Shown: positions 46,488 through 56,216, counted from the first letter of the stretch. The stretch: 64,000 nucleotides of DNA from Geopsychrobacteraceae bacterium (GCA_963676795.2 CAXXTB010000002.1:96001-160000); one strand, 5' to 3'. Program-made: numbers and translations. Notes: a model not told the origin generated them from the sequence alone.

Positions 46488-47264
46488 TCAATGACCCACA
46501 CATCTCAGCTTGTTTGGTGAGGCGCAGCAACAGCGTTGCTCTAAGCCGTCCAGATAGTTTTCCAGCTTTGAGACATCGTCGAATTCTATCAGGCCGCGCT
46601 GATAGCGGATCAGCCCCTGGTCGGCCAGCTTGTGGATCGAGCGCGACAGGGTTTCCCGGGCAATCCCCAGTTCCTGGGCCGTGACTGTGGTCGGGCGCAG
46701 ATCGATACTGACCGGCAGTCTGTCCGTCTGGGCCAGGTACAGCAGGTAGGCCGCAACCTTGATATCTGCTTTACAACACTGGGAGAGGGTTCTCATCTGG
46801 CGTTCCTGTACGACCTGGTCAGCCATCAGCCTGGCGAGGTCGGGATAGACGCCAGGGTTGTTGCGGATAAATTCTTCGAATTGTGCCTTGGACCAGGAGA
46901 GGACCTCTGTCAGATTGGTGGTGACGCACTGGTTGAGACCGCTGCGCCCGGAGAAAAGGGTTGTCAGGCAGAAGAACTGGCCTTTAATAACACGGCGCAA
47001 TAAACATTCCTGGCCGTCGGGAGTATGGCGCAGCAGGCGAACCTCTCCGGAGAGAAGAAAGAATGCCTTTTTTGTCAGTTCTTCGGGGTTGATCCGGTTG
47101 CTGCGGCCTTTAAAAATCTCGATTCTGGCAGTTTCCAGGAGACCGTCAATGGCTGCAGGAGCAACATTGGCCAGCAGTGGGGTTTTGCGTAACAGCAGAG
47201 CACGGTGCGGTGATATCCTGTCTCCTTTGGCAGGATGGTACAAAGGGACAGTATGTGAAGTCAT
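46488..47264 (-). CDS. Crp/Fnr family transcriptional regulator
   Basis: cNMP-binding-like domain; HTH AQELGIARETLSR. Confidence 0.85.
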   Translation of the reverse strand: MTSHTVPLYHPAKGDRISPHRALLLRKTPLLANVAPAAIDGLLETARIEIFKGRSNRINPEELTKKAFFLLSGEVRLLRHTPDGQECLLRRVIKGQFFCLTTLFSGRSGLNQCVTTNLTEVLSWSKAQFEEFIRNNPGVYPDLARLMADQVVQERQMRTLSQCCKADIKVAAYLLYLAQTDRLPVSIDLRPTTVTAQELGIARETLSRSIHKLADQGLIRYQRGLIEFDDVSKLENYLDGLEQRCCCASPNKLRCVGH

Positions 47265-47282
47265 TGGCGTAGATCCTTGTTG

Positions 47283-47301
47283 AGTGAAAACGCTTATCAA
47301 T
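47283..47301. promoter_or_regulatory. Fur-box-like site upstream of Crp/Fnr gene
   Basis: agtgaaaacgcttatcaat, 19-bp imperfect palindrome. Confidence 0.6.
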
Positions 47302-47339
47302 ATCACCTTGGAGGCAGAAAAAAGCAAGCGAATTGTGCT

Positions 47340-47374
47340 AAAGCGGCAGTCCAATTTCCTGGAACTGCCGCTTT
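47340..47374 (-). terminator. Terminator-like hairpin after LbtU-like porin
   Basis: aaagcggcagt...actgccgcttt. Confidence 0.6.
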
Positions 47375-47387
47375 GACTGTTCAGTTG

Positions 47388-48404
47388 TTAAAATTCCAAA
47401 GCCAGCAGGCAGGTCAGGGTGTCAGCCGATTCATCTTCATAGCCTTCATCGTGAGCGTATTCAAGGCTCAGGTTGAGACCGTCGATCAGATCAACGCCGA
47501 AGCTGGCCAGGTAGCGCTCTTCCGCCAGGCCAAAGTCGGCCGCTTCGTCCGTAGCCTGATAGCCGACCGCGACAACAGCGGACTTCTCCGCGACTTCAAA
47601 GGCATAGTTCAGCTCAATGTTGTAGGCTGAAGGTTCGGCATCCGTCGTGTCGTCATAGTCGTCGCTGAGAACGACGATGTACTCGCCGATCAGGGTGAAG
47701 TCAGCCAAACTTGCAACAAGGCTGAAGGCGGCACCGGACGTTGGTTCGGCCTCGTCATAATCGCCGAACGCTCCAGCGGAGAGGATATTGCTGATCCAGC
47801 CGGCGTTCAGGGAGAGGGTGAAGCTTTCCGTTTCTAGGGCATAGCCAATGTCAAGGCCAAAGCTGTTGATGTTGTCGTCATCGGCCTCATCGTCGAGGCC
47901 ATTGAAGAGGTAGGCGCTGGCGCTCAGGCCGTTGGCGCTGTAGCTGACGACTGCAGAGCCTTCGTTTGTTTCGCCCAGTTCCAAGGTCAGCGGGTCGCTG
48001 ATCATCGCGGTCTCATAGACGCCGAAGGGGACGTAGAGACGGCCGACGGTCAGGGACAGTCCTTCTTCACTGTTGCCGAAGACGATACCGCCCTCGTCGA
48101 GGCCGAAGGAATCCTCCTCGGAATCCCAGGTCATGACGCCGAAAGCGCTGATGCTGTCGCTTAGGGAGACGTCGATGCCGAGATCGAAGGTGCTCAGGTC
48201 GATATCTGATGCAGTGGCTTCGTCGCTATCGCTGTAAAAGGCCTCCGCTTCAATGGCGCCTGAGATCTCGATGTTTTTGAACAGGGAACCATCAAGGGCT
48301 TTTTCGACTTTGTCGAGGCGTTCGGACAGGACCATGTTGCTGTCAGCCCAGGCGCTGGCGGTTGACAGGGTCAGGATAAATAGCAGGATAATTATTTTTT
48401 TCAT
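47388..48404 (-). CDS. LbtU-family (siderophore) porin-like outer-membrane protein
   Basis: Signal peptide; ISGAIEAEA; GRLYVPFG..SDPLTLELGET; C-terminal LALEF. Confidence 0.75.
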   Translation of the reverse strand: MKKIIILLFILTLSTASAWADSNMVLSERLDKVEKALDGSLFKNIEISGAIEAEAFYSDSDEATASDIDLSTFDLGIDVSLSDSISAFGVMTWDSEEDSFGLDEGGIVFGNSEEGLSLTVGRLYVPFGVYETAMISDPLTLELGETNEGSAVVSYSANGLSASAYLFNGLDDEADDDNINSFGLDIGYALETESFTLSLNAGWISNILSAGAFGDYDEAEPTSGAAFSLVASLADFTLIGEYIVVLSDDYDDTTDAEPSAYNIELNYAFEVAEKSAVVAVGYQATDEAADFGLAEERYLASFGVDLIDGLNLSLEYAHDEGYEDESADTLTCLLALEF

Positions 48405-48517
48405 CTGTTGCCTTTCATGTCGCACAAAAAATGTAAAGAGGCCAGGTCATGGCGGTTGAGTGACGACTTTACGGAGAGCAGACAGAAAAAACTGTGACGC
48501 GGATCACGATTTGCGAA

Positions 48518-48536
48518 AACGAAAACGATTATCAGG
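48518..48536. promoter_or_regulatory. Fur-box-like site upstream of porin
   Basis: aacgaaaacgattatcagg (reverse complement cctgataatcgttttcgtt). Confidence 0.5.
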
Positions 48537-48556
48537 TTGGGGCTGGTGAAAAGTTT

Positions 48557-48808
48557 TCAGTTGACCTTATGGCAGAAAAGGCAGCGGGCTTTGGTTGGAT
48601 GATCCTCGGGAAAGGCGACCTGGTCCGGATTGTGGCAGTCGCTACAGAATTTCTCGGCGGCCTTTTTGCCGTCGCTTTTTACCAGCTCAAGAAGATGCTG
48701 GTGGTTTTCATCCTGGGGAACATGGCTGGTCGACTCCTCCGGCGCCATCCACAGAAAAACGATGATGGCAACAGCGACAATGAACAGAAAAATATCACGC
48801 TTTTTCAT
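48557..48808 (-). CDS. Small membrane-anchored diheme c-type cytochrome
   Basis: N-terminal TM; CSDCH and CLFCH. Confidence 0.8.
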   Translation of the reverse strand: MKKRDIFLFIVAVAIIVFLWMAPEESTSHVPQDENHQHLLELVKSDGKKAAEKFCSDCHNPDQVAFPEDHPTKARCLFCHKVN

Positions 48809-48837
48809 AGCGGGTTCCTTGCTGGAAACTTGTGGAT

Positions 48838-49170
48838 TTATTCTGACTTGACGAACAGCAGGTAGATGAACAGCGCAACGACAACGGCTCCGCCGCCGAC
48901 CACGATCCAGATCCCGCCGCCTTCGATCCCCTCGGTTCCCGTTCCCTTGCCGATGGCAAAAGAGAGCAACAGGGTGAAACCGCCGATACCGACAATAGTC
49001 GCGCAGATTTTACGGAAACCGATGAAATAGGTCAGCAGGATGACGATAACAAAGCTACCAATGAACCAGGGATTGGTTTTCAGATCACCGAAGTTCCAGT
49101 CCTGTAGTTGCTGTATGATGTTGTCGGTGCGGAATCTGACCAGGAAGTCAGTGACGTCTGTCCAACTCAT
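48838..49170 (-). CDS. Hypothetical membrane protein (about 3 TM)
   Basis: Hydrophobic segments; RBS aggag. Confidence 0.6.
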   Translation of the reverse strand: MSWTDVTDFLVRFRTDNIIQQLQDWNFGDLKTNPWFIGSFVIVILLTYFIGFRKICATIVGIGGFTLLLSFAIGKGTGTEGIEGGGIWIVVGGGAVVVALFIYLLFVKSE

Positions 49171-49247
49171 AGGATCTCCTTATTGGAATTTGCTCAAAAT
49201 ATTACCAGAATGTCCGCCCCGGTGAAAGCGATAAAAGCCCGAAAATC

Positions 49248-49276
49248 TTGACTTTGCCAAGGGGGTTCAATAGGAT
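49248..49276 (+). promoter_or_regulatory. sigma70 promoter of murI
   Basis: TTGACT-17 nt-TAGGAT. Confidence 0.55.
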
Positions 49277-49326
49277 GAGCAACCTGTTCCGAGGTTGTCA
49301 GCTGGGCTGTTTTTTCAGGAGTTTTC

Positions 49327-50121
49327 GTGCGCTATAGATCGATCGGCATATTTGATTCAGGGGTAGGGGGCTTGACGGTCTTCAAAGAGATTGCCAGGTT
49401 ACTGCCCAGGGAGAACCTGGTTTATCTTGGTGATACGGCCCGTGTGCCCTACGGTTCAAAAAGCGAGATCACGGTGCAGCGTTATGCACTCGAAGCCGCG
49501 GATTTTCTCGTTGAAAAAGGGGTGAAGATGCTGGTCGTAGCCTGCAATACGGCTTCTGCCGTCGCTCTTCCGGCCCTGCGCAAGCGCTTCAATCTGCCGG
49601 TCATCGGGGTTATCGAACCGGGCGCCCGCCGCGCCGCCCAAAGCCTGAACCGGCGCATCGGCGTCATCGGCACCGAAGGGACGATCAACAGCGGACGTTA
49701 CCCTGAAGCGATACACGGCCTCTTGCCAGACGCGCGAATCTATTCGGCGGCCTGTCCTCTTTTTGTCCCCCTTGCTGAAGAAGGCTGGTCTGATCACGAT
49801 ATTGCCCGCCTGACCGCTATCGAATATCTGCGTCCACTGATGGGGGCCGGAATCGATACCCTGGTTCTCGGCTGTACCCACTATCCACTGTTACGGAACA
49901 CCCTGCAGAAGGTTCTCGGGCCGGAGGTCCAGCTGGTCGATTCCGCGGAAGAGACGGCCAAGGCGGTTTTGCAGCTGTTCCGCGAGCAGGGGCTGGAACA
50001 TCCCGACAGCGGCGGCCTGCGGGAATTCTATGTCACCGACGTTCCTGCGCGTTTTGAACGGGTCGGCCAGGCCTTTCTGCAGGGTGAAAAAATCCGGGCA
50101 ACCCAGGTGGAACTCGGTTAG
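49327..50121 (+). CDS. murI: Glutamate racemase
   Basis: FDSGVGGLT, VACNTAS, LGCTHYP. Confidence 0.97.
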   Translation: MRYRSIGIFDSGVGGLTVFKEIARLLPRENLVYLGDTARVPYGSKSEITVQRYALEAADFLVEKGVKMLVVACNTASAVALPALRKRFNLPVIGVIEPGARRAAQSLNRRIGVIGTEGTINSGRYPEAIHGLLPDARIYSAACPLFVPLAEEGWSDHDIARLTAIEYLRPLMGAGIDTLVLGCTHYPLLRNTLQKVLGPEVQLVDSAEETAKAVLQLFREQGLEHPDSGGLREFYVTDVPARFERVGQAFLQGEKIRATQVELG

Positions 50122-50139
50122 TCATTTCAGGAGTCAACG

Positions 50140-50760
50140 ATGAAAAAGCTGCTGATAGGGTTGGTTATCGTCCTGTTGCTCGGCCTCGGGGGCGGGTACT
50201 TTTTCGGCTGGTATTTTCAACCTCGGCAGGACCAGGTCGCCGAGCTTCCAGTTGTCGCTGAGGAGCCTCTGCCGGAGCAGGAAGTTCAGCTGTTTTTCGC
50301 TTCCCGGGATGACGGTCTGCTCGTGCAGGAAACGGTCATGATCCCGGCCTGCAGCACTGACAACGATTGCGTGCGCAGCCTGTTAACGGCCCTTGTCGCC
50401 GGATCTCAGCACAACGGGTTGGCCGTGCTGCCCGCACAGACCCGCCTGCTCGGGGCTGAGATCGAGAATGATCTGGTGCGCCTCAACTTTTCCGACGAAC
50501 TGGTCAACTTCCATCCCGGGGGAAGCCTTTCCGAATTACAAACTATCTACAGTATGGCGAACAGTTTGAGTGTCAGCTTTCCCTATCTCCGTCAGGTACA
50601 GATTCTGATCGCGGGGGAGGTGCGTCAGACCCTCAAAGGGCACGCCCGGATCGATCAGCCGGTTTATGCCGATTACAGCCTCAATAGCCAGGGCCTGGTG
50701 CCGCAGAAACAGCCTGGCCTGTCGATCGACGGGCTGATCGAGGAGGCCGTAGAGAATTAG
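50140..50760 (+). CDS. GerMN domain protein
   Basis: N-terminal TM; VQLFF; LNFS..GGSLSE..IYSMANSL..VQILIAG; follows murI. Confidence 0.8.
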   Translation: MKKLLIGLVIVLLLGLGGGYFFGWYFQPRQDQVAELPVVAEEPLPEQEVQLFFASRDDGLLVQETVMIPACSTDNDCVRSLLTALVAGSQHNGLAVLPAQTRLLGAEIENDLVRLNFSDELVNFHPGGSLSELQTIYSMANSLSVSFPYLRQVQILIAGEVRQTLKGHARIDQPVYADYSLNSQGLVPQKQPGLSIDGLIEEAVEN

Positions 50761-50896
50761 CCTTGCAGCATTCTTGACTTTGTGTTTCTATTTCTCAGAT
50801 TCAACTTTAATTTCGATTATTTAATGTTTTGTTGCGAGGAACTATCCGGCATCCCGGTTTATTTACCAGGGGCTGGGCTGCCATCAAGAGGCTGAC

Positions 50897-51430
50897 ATGA
50901 TCGTAGGTTTTAATCACAATATTTCCTACCGTGGAACTGTTTTTCATGTGCAGACCGAAGACAGCGGACTGAAAAAGCCTCAGCTGATCACCCTGCTTTA
51001 CCACAGCGGCACCATTATCACGTCGCAGAAGACGCTTTATGCCGACATTATCAAGGTCGACAATCTAGACCAGGTTGTCGAAGAGCTGGCCAAGGATCAG
51101 CATAAAGGGATGCTGAAGCGTCTGACCAAGGGGGAGTTCGATGAGCGGATTGTCGCGCTTGGGATTCCGCTGGACGGTGTTGCCGCCGCTGCAAAAAGCC
51201 AGGTAGAGGCTGGTGCAGAACCTGTCTCGGTGAATGAGCCTCCGCAGCCACTTGCGTCACCTCAGAGCGTATCCCCGTCAGTAGCTGTGGACACTGAACC
51301 TGTCCGTAATGCGGAAGAGGTAAAGATTGTCGAAGAGCCGACCGTCGATCGTTTTCAGAAGAAGGCGCCGGTTCAGAGTCTGGATGAGCTGATTCTCAGT
51401 TATCTGACGGCAGGGCAGAAAAAAGCCTGA
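50897..51430 (+). CDS. Conserved hypothetical protein
   Basis: GFNHNISYRGTVFHVQTEDSG N-terminal domain, low-complexity linker, SLDELILSYL tail. Confidence 0.65.
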   Translation: MIVGFNHNISYRGTVFHVQTEDSGLKKPQLITLLYHSGTIITSQKTLYADIIKVDNLDQVVEELAKDQHKGMLKRLTKGEFDERIVALGIPLDGVAAAAKSQVEAGAEPVSVNEPPQPLASPQSVSPSVAVDTEPVRNAEEVKIVEEPTVDRFQKKAPVQSLDELILSYLTAGQKKA

Positions 51431-51431
51431 G

Positions 51432-51941
51432 TCACTTTACATCCGTTTTCCATAGTCCCAGGCCATTACGGCGGGCTCTGGCTTCATCATCAAGAAACCG
51501 TTCTTTTTTCGTGAATGAAAACCTCCGGTAGACTGTCGCCAGCCCCATCTCCAGAAGCTGTTCATTCAGTAACTCGCCATTGTTCAGATAGACATAGGCG
51601 AGGTAGCGGCCGTATTTGTCTTTTTCCGTCCCGTCAGTTGTCAGACAGACTCTCTCCCCTTTGATCTCATCGATCAGATAACTTTTCCCCTGGCGGGCGA
51701 TGTTGCGCAGTACATGCGGGGGAATGGCAAAACTGCGTTGATAGTAGCGATCCCGCTCCGAGGCCAGGGTTTCCGGGGTGTCGATGCCAAGTAGTCTGAC
51801 CTTGCCGATGCTCTCAACCTTGAGCGTGTCGCCGTCGTAAATCCACGAAACCCGGCCACAGAGTTCTTGCGCGCCAAGGGGGGCAGCCGCCAGCAGGCTG
51901 TACAGCACTAGCCATGGCAGGATGCGGGCAAACGGATTCAA
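51432..51941 (-). CDS. Thermonuclease (SNase) family protein, secreted
   Basis: DGDT, VRLLGIDTPE, DKYGRYLAYV, GLW. Confidence 0.88.
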   Translation of the reverse strand: MNPFARILPWLVLYSLLAAAPLGAQELCGRVSWIYDGDTLKVESIGKVRLLGIDTPETLASERDRYYQRSFAIPPHVLRNIARQGKSYLIDEIKGERVCLTTDGTEKDKYGRYLAYVYLNNGELLNEQLLEMGLATVYRRFSFTKKERFLDDEARARRNGLGLWKTDVK

Positions 51942-52364
51942 TCAGCGGCCCCAGAGCAGCCGGGTGAAAAAGCCGGTGAAGAGCCCCCAGATCAGGTTGC
52001 CGATAATGATGACGACAGGCGCGATGAGTCCGAGACTGGTGGCGGCAAGGCCGTTGTGCAGGATGTAGGGGTGGTAGTAGAACAGGGCGAAGAGGGAGGG
52101 CAGGATGGAGAACCACAACCCTTTGCGGACCCAGTGGCGCCGCTGGCGAGGGGTGCCGACGGTCAAGAAATAACCGATCGCCCAGATACCGCCAATGATC
52201 AGCTTGGGAGAGACTGCCGCGGTCGTCAGTGTCTGCCTGATATTGACGCCGATGAAGTTAAATACCCCCCATTCTGTACAGCCCCAGAAAAACACCAGAG
52301 AGACCAGGGTTCCCAGCATCCCGGCAACGATACAGACCGCAAACAAGGCACCGCTTTTAGGCAT
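51942..52364 (-). CDS. Hypothetical membrane protein
   Basis: About four hydrophobic segments; ATG after ggagg. Confidence 0.55.
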   Translation of the reverse strand: MPKSGALFAVCIVAGMLGTLVSLVFFWGCTEWGVFNFIGVNIRQTLTTAAVSPKLIIGGIWAIGYFLTVGTPRQRRHWVRKGLWFSILPSLFALFYYHPYILHNGLAATSLGLIAPVVIIIGNLIWGLFTGFFTRLLWGR

Positions 52365-52439
52365 GAATCCTCCCGCAAGGACAATCAAATCAGATTTTCA
52401 GAAAATATTGACACTCTTGTTGGTGCTATCCTTCTTCTG

Positions 52440-53249
52440 CTAGGTCAAACCTGTGTTCATGCTGCCACTGCGGTATCCTTGCAGATCGAGGGTCACATAG
52501 TCAAACTCATTTTTTTTAAAAAAAACAACAAGTTCTTCTCTTAACCCGGAATCGCTGAGAAGAGAGAATCCTGCCGGCTCAAGTTCGATGCGGGCAATCT
52601 GTTGATGATAGCGGACGCGGCACTGGCTGAACCCCCTGGTTCTTAGCCACTGTTCACAGCGGGCGATACGTTGCAGCAGGTCTGTATCGAGTGGAGTGCC
52701 GTAGGGAATTCTTGACGCCAGGCAGGCCAGAGCCGGTTTGTCCCAGGTCATAAGCTGCAGCACTCTGCTCAATTCCCGGATCTCCTGCTTGCTCAGTTCT
52801 GCCTCCAGGAGAGGGGACCGGATCTTGAGTTCATCAAGTGCCTTACGCCCCGGGCGATAATCCTGCAGGTCATCGAGGTTCGAGCCATCAGCGCTGACGG
52901 CAAACCCTTGCAGCTCCTGCTGCTCAACTATTTTACGGAAAAGGTGCTTTTTGCAGTGGTAGCAGCGGAGTGGACCATTACTGATCAGTTCCACGGGCTC
53001 CAGATCGTTCAATTGGATCTTGAGCTGAACGACGCCCAGCTGCCTGGCGAGTTGTTCGCTCTGGCTGACTTCCTCGGCGGGGAACAGTGGCGAGATGAGG
53101 GTGATGGCGACGACCTTGTCCCGGCCGAGGCAATCCCTGGCGGCTTTTAAGAGCAGGGTCGAATCGACTCCCCCGGAAAAAGCAACGGCCACGGAGCCGT
53201 AATTGATAAGCAGCTCCTGTAGCCGTTGGTATTTTTCGCTGAGTGACAT
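52440..53249 (-). CDS. larE: LarE-family ATP-dependent sacrificial sulfur transferase
   Basis: AFSGGVDS, RCYHCK, DYRPG, ACLASRIPYG, GYRSGSMN. Confidence 0.85.
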   Translation of the reverse strand: MSLSEKYQRLQELLINYGSVAVAFSGGVDSTLLLKAARDCLGRDKVVAITLISPLFPAEEVSQSEQLARQLGVVQLKIQLNDLEPVELISNGPLRCYHCKKHLFRKIVEQQELQGFAVSADGSNLDDLQDYRPGRKALDELKIRSPLLEAELSKQEIRELSRVLQLMTWDKPALACLASRIPYGTPLDTDLLQRIARCEQWLRTRGFSQCRVRYHQQIARIELEPAGFSLLSDSGLREELVVFFKKNEFDYVTLDLQGYRSGSMNTGLT

Positions 53250-53259
53250 CGTCAGAGAA

Positions 53260-53736
53260 TCAGATGAAATACATGAAACGATGGTCGAGCTCTTTTTCCA
53301 GCCCCATTTCCTGCCCCCTGTCACAGAGGTCTTTGAGGCTGATCGATGCAAAATATTTTCCCAGGATTTCGCTGCTTTCGGCCCAGATATGCTGAGTGAT
53401 GCATTGGTTGTCGAACTCGCAATGGGGAGGAGCTTCACTGTCCTTGCGGTGCCCTTTGACACAGTTAACGAGGAGCAGTTCTCCCTCGGCAGCGAGGACG
53501 ATTTCCTTGATATTGATCTGGTCTGCCGGACGGGCCAGGCTGTACCCGCCCTGTGGTCCGCGGCGGCTCTTCAGTAAGCCGGCTTTTTTAAGATCCTGGA
53601 AAATCTGTTCCAGATAACGGGGAGAAATGTTCTGACGTCTGGAAATATCTTTGATTTGTGCCGGCATTGTGCCAGCATGGTAGGCCATGTCGAACATGGC
53701 GCGAACGCCGTAACGGCTTTTAGTGGATAATTTCAT
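53260..53736 (-). CDS. Rrf2/IscR-like transcriptional regulator
   Basis: LSTKSRYG, YLEQIF, SRRGPQGGYSL, three Cys (C..C..CITQH). Confidence 0.9.
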   Translation of the reverse strand: MKLSTKSRYGVRAMFDMAYHAGTMPAQIKDISRRQNISPRYLEQIFQDLKKAGLLKSRRGPQGGYSLARPADQINIKEIVLAAEGELLLVNCVKGHRKDSEAPPHCEFDNQCITQHIWAESSEILGKYFASISLKDLCDRGQEMGLEKELDHRFMYFI

Positions 53737-53767
53737 TTTGAACTCCCTCTTGGTCGCATGATTTGTC

Positions 53768-53796
53768 ACTATAAAAATCTCTAGTTATCCTGTCAA
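53768..53796 (-). promoter_or_regulatory. sigma70 promoter of Rrf2-larE
   Basis: Minus strand TTGACA-17 nt-TATAGT. Confidence 0.75.
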
Positions 53797-53932
53797 GAAT
53801 AATGCACTATTTTTAATGCGGTTTTTAGACTGCACTTATTCTTTATACGGAAACTGTTGTAATATTTTCTGGCAACCGCCAGTTATTGTAAACCATCTCT
53901 GTGAGATGGTGTTTTTCTGATTGGAGCTTTTT

Positions 53933-54343
53933 ATGCGGAGCTATCCGTTTTGTCTTGAACTCGAAGTCCGTGATTATGAATGTGATATGCAGGGGCATGT
54001 CAACAACGCGGTCTATCTGAATTATCTGGAGCATTGTCGCCATCAGTTCTTGAAGGCGCGGGGACTCGATTTTGCCGAAATCACCAAAAGCGGTCTGAAT
54101 CTGGTGGTGGTGAGGGCCGAGGTCGACTATAAACGCTCACTTAAGAGCGGTGAGCGTTTTGTCATCGGTTTGAGAATGGAGCGTGTGTCGCGGCTGCGTT
54201 TTCAGTTTATCCAGGAGATTTTCCTTCTGCCGGAAAAAAGGACCGCGTTGAAGGCAACCATCCTCTGCAGTGGTGTCAACAGTATGGGGCGTCCTGAACT
54301 GCCGAAGGAGATCCTTGAGGCGCTAGAATCTCCGGGAGCATAA
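53933..54343 (+). CDS. Acyl-CoA thioesterase (4HBT/YbgC-like)
   Basis: ECDMQGHVNNAVYLNYLE. Confidence 0.88.
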   Translation: MRSYPFCLELEVRDYECDMQGHVNNAVYLNYLEHCRHQFLKARGLDFAEITKSGLNLVVVRAEVDYKRSLKSGERFVIGLRMERVSRLRFQFIQEIFLLPEKRTALKATILCSGVNSMGRPELPKEILEALESPGA

Positions 54344-55168
54344 TCACTCGACGAGACGAATGCCGTCATCCTCCAGTTTGAGTTTACCTTCCTTGTAGAG
54401 TCCGCCGATCGCTTTTTTGAACTGCTTTTTGCTCATACCGAGCCGGTCCCGAATCAGTTCAGGGGAGCTCTGGTCGTTCAGGGGAAGATATTTCTGGGTC
54501 TGCAAAATAGCGAGCAGGTTGTCCTTGGCGTCTTCGACGCCCGAACGGCCGGGGCGGCTGAGTCCGACATCGATTCTCCGGTCGGGGCGAATCCGTACGA
54601 CATAGCCGTTGATCCTGTCTCCCGCCTTAAGCCCCGGCGGGATATCGGACTGGTAGAGGACGGCTTCGTAATAGTTGTTGACGATCATCTTGGCACCCAG
54701 GTCGGTGTAGGCCCAGAGCAGCATTTCGACCTGCTCCCCTTCTTCGAGATCCTCGTTCTCTTTACTTAGAAACTGGTCGAGTTTGCTTGAGGCGATCGGT
54801 CGCTGTTGCGAGTCATGGCAGATTCTGACCAGATAGCGGCGCCCTTCCAGCATCCTTTTGTACTGTTCGGCAAAGGGGCAGAGCAGGTCCTTGGCCACGC
54901 CCCAGTCGAGGAAGGCTCCGTGTTCGCCGACGCTCTGTACCTTGAGCATGGCGAATTCATCCATCTGAGCATAGGGCATGCGGGTTGTCGCCGTCTGCTG
55001 GCCGTTGCGGTCAAGATAGATAAAGACCTCGATTTCGCCCCCCGGAACCATGCTGCCGACGCATTCCCGGTGCGGAAGCAGAACCTCTGACTCGAGGTCC
55101 CTGAGCCAGGCCCCTTTGGGATCAATGCGGTCAATTGTCAGTGTGTAGCGATAGCCGGGAATAATCAT
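54344..55168 (-). CDS. CvfB/YitL-like S1 RNA-binding protein
   Basis: GAFLDWG..KDLL; MSKKQFKKAIGGLYK. Confidence 0.85.
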   Translation of the reverse strand: MIIPGYRYTLTIDRIDPKGAWLRDLESEVLLPHRECVGSMVPGGEIEVFIYLDRNGQQTATTRMPYAQMDEFAMLKVQSVGEHGAFLDWGVAKDLLCPFAEQYKRMLEGRRYLVRICHDSQQRPIASSKLDQFLSKENEDLEEGEQVEMLLWAYTDLGAKMIVNNYYEAVLYQSDIPPGLKAGDRINGYVVRIRPDRRIDVGLSRPGRSGVEDAKDNLLAILQTQKYLPLNDQSSPELIRDRLGMSKKQFKKAIGGLYKEGKLKLEDDGIRLVE

Positions 55169-55503
55169 TCGTCGTGTCCTTAAGTCAGGATGTTCGATTG
55201 TGCCAGATAGCGGATATTTGGCGAAATTAAACAGTCATTTTCTGTTTGTCTCTGGCCTCATAAAACGCCAGTTGAGGCCGTTCGTCAAGCCCCGCTTCCG
55301 ATCTTCCGTCGGTCTGTCATGTTTTGCAGTTCGGGACAGGAAGAAAACGGTTTGAGAGGTTGGGGCCTGCTGGTGTGGGAGGTTTTGACGAATAGTGAAA
55401 AACTCGACTGGAAAAAGCAAGAAAATAAACTTTGGCCAACTTTCAGCTCGACCTTTTTCGAATATGGCCTCTTAAAAATGCAGTTGATTTTATCTGACAG
55501 TGA

Positions 55504-55522
55504 AGTGATAATGATTTTCACT
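55504..55522. promoter_or_regulatory. Fur-box-like site upstream of DUF3793 gene
   Basis: agtgataatgattttcact, near-perfect 19-bp palindrome. Confidence 0.7.
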
Positions 55523-55541
55523 TACAGAAACAGGTGCACAT

Positions 55542-56216
55542 ATGAAGACTGCATATAATCGCTGGTGTGGAAAACCTCCAGCTACATGTCCCGGAGCTGA
55601 TCGCGAATTGACCTGGGTTGATATGGTCGGCTTCTATCCCGCTGAATCTGAATGCCTTGGCGCCTTTCTGGTCAGTTCTGCCGCAGAGGTGCTGGCCGGA
55701 GTCAAGCCGGCGAACCTGGTCAGTGTGCCGAAGCGCAGGCTCAGGTGCGGACGTTCGATCTATGCACTTTGGTTGAAATATGCCTCTGAACTTCTGAGGC
55801 AATCCCGCCTTGAAGCGATTGTCCTGCGGGAACGGGATGAAGTGCTGCTGGTGCTGCTCTATCGTCGCGATCTGCTCGAACAGCGCATGCGCAGCCGGTC
55901 GATGCGGGCTTTTCTGCAGCGCAGGGACTACCCTCAGGCCACTGATCTCGATGCCTGTCTGCAGCGGCTCAAGCAGGAATTTGAAAAGCAGGCCTCGCCG
56001 AACGAGGTCGGCATGTTTCTTGGCTACCCGCTTAAGGATGTGAACGGATTTATTGACCGGCGTGAAAACTGCTGGCAGGGACGTTGTTTGTGGAAGATCT
56101 ATGGCCCGCCCCGACGCAGTCTGGTACTTTACCTTCGCTACCGCCAGTCGCGCCAGTCTCTGCAGAACAGGTTGATTGAAGGAGAGTTGCCTTCGCGTTT
56201 ACTCAAAGCAGCCTGA
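55542..56216 (+). CDS. DUF3793-like protein
   Basis: VLAGVKPANL; PNEVGMFLGYPLKDVNGFI; WKIY. Confidence 0.78.
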   Translation: MKTAYNRWCGKPPATCPGADRELTWVDMVGFYPAESECLGAFLVSSAAEVLAGVKPANLVSVPKRRLRCGRSIYALWLKYASELLRQSRLEAIVLRERDEVLLVLLYRRDLLEQRMRSRSMRAFLQRRDYPQATDLDACLQRLKQEFEKQASPNEVGMFLGYPLKDVNGFIDRRENCWQGRCLWKIYGPPRRSLVLYLRYRQSRQSLQNRLIEGELPSRLLKAA

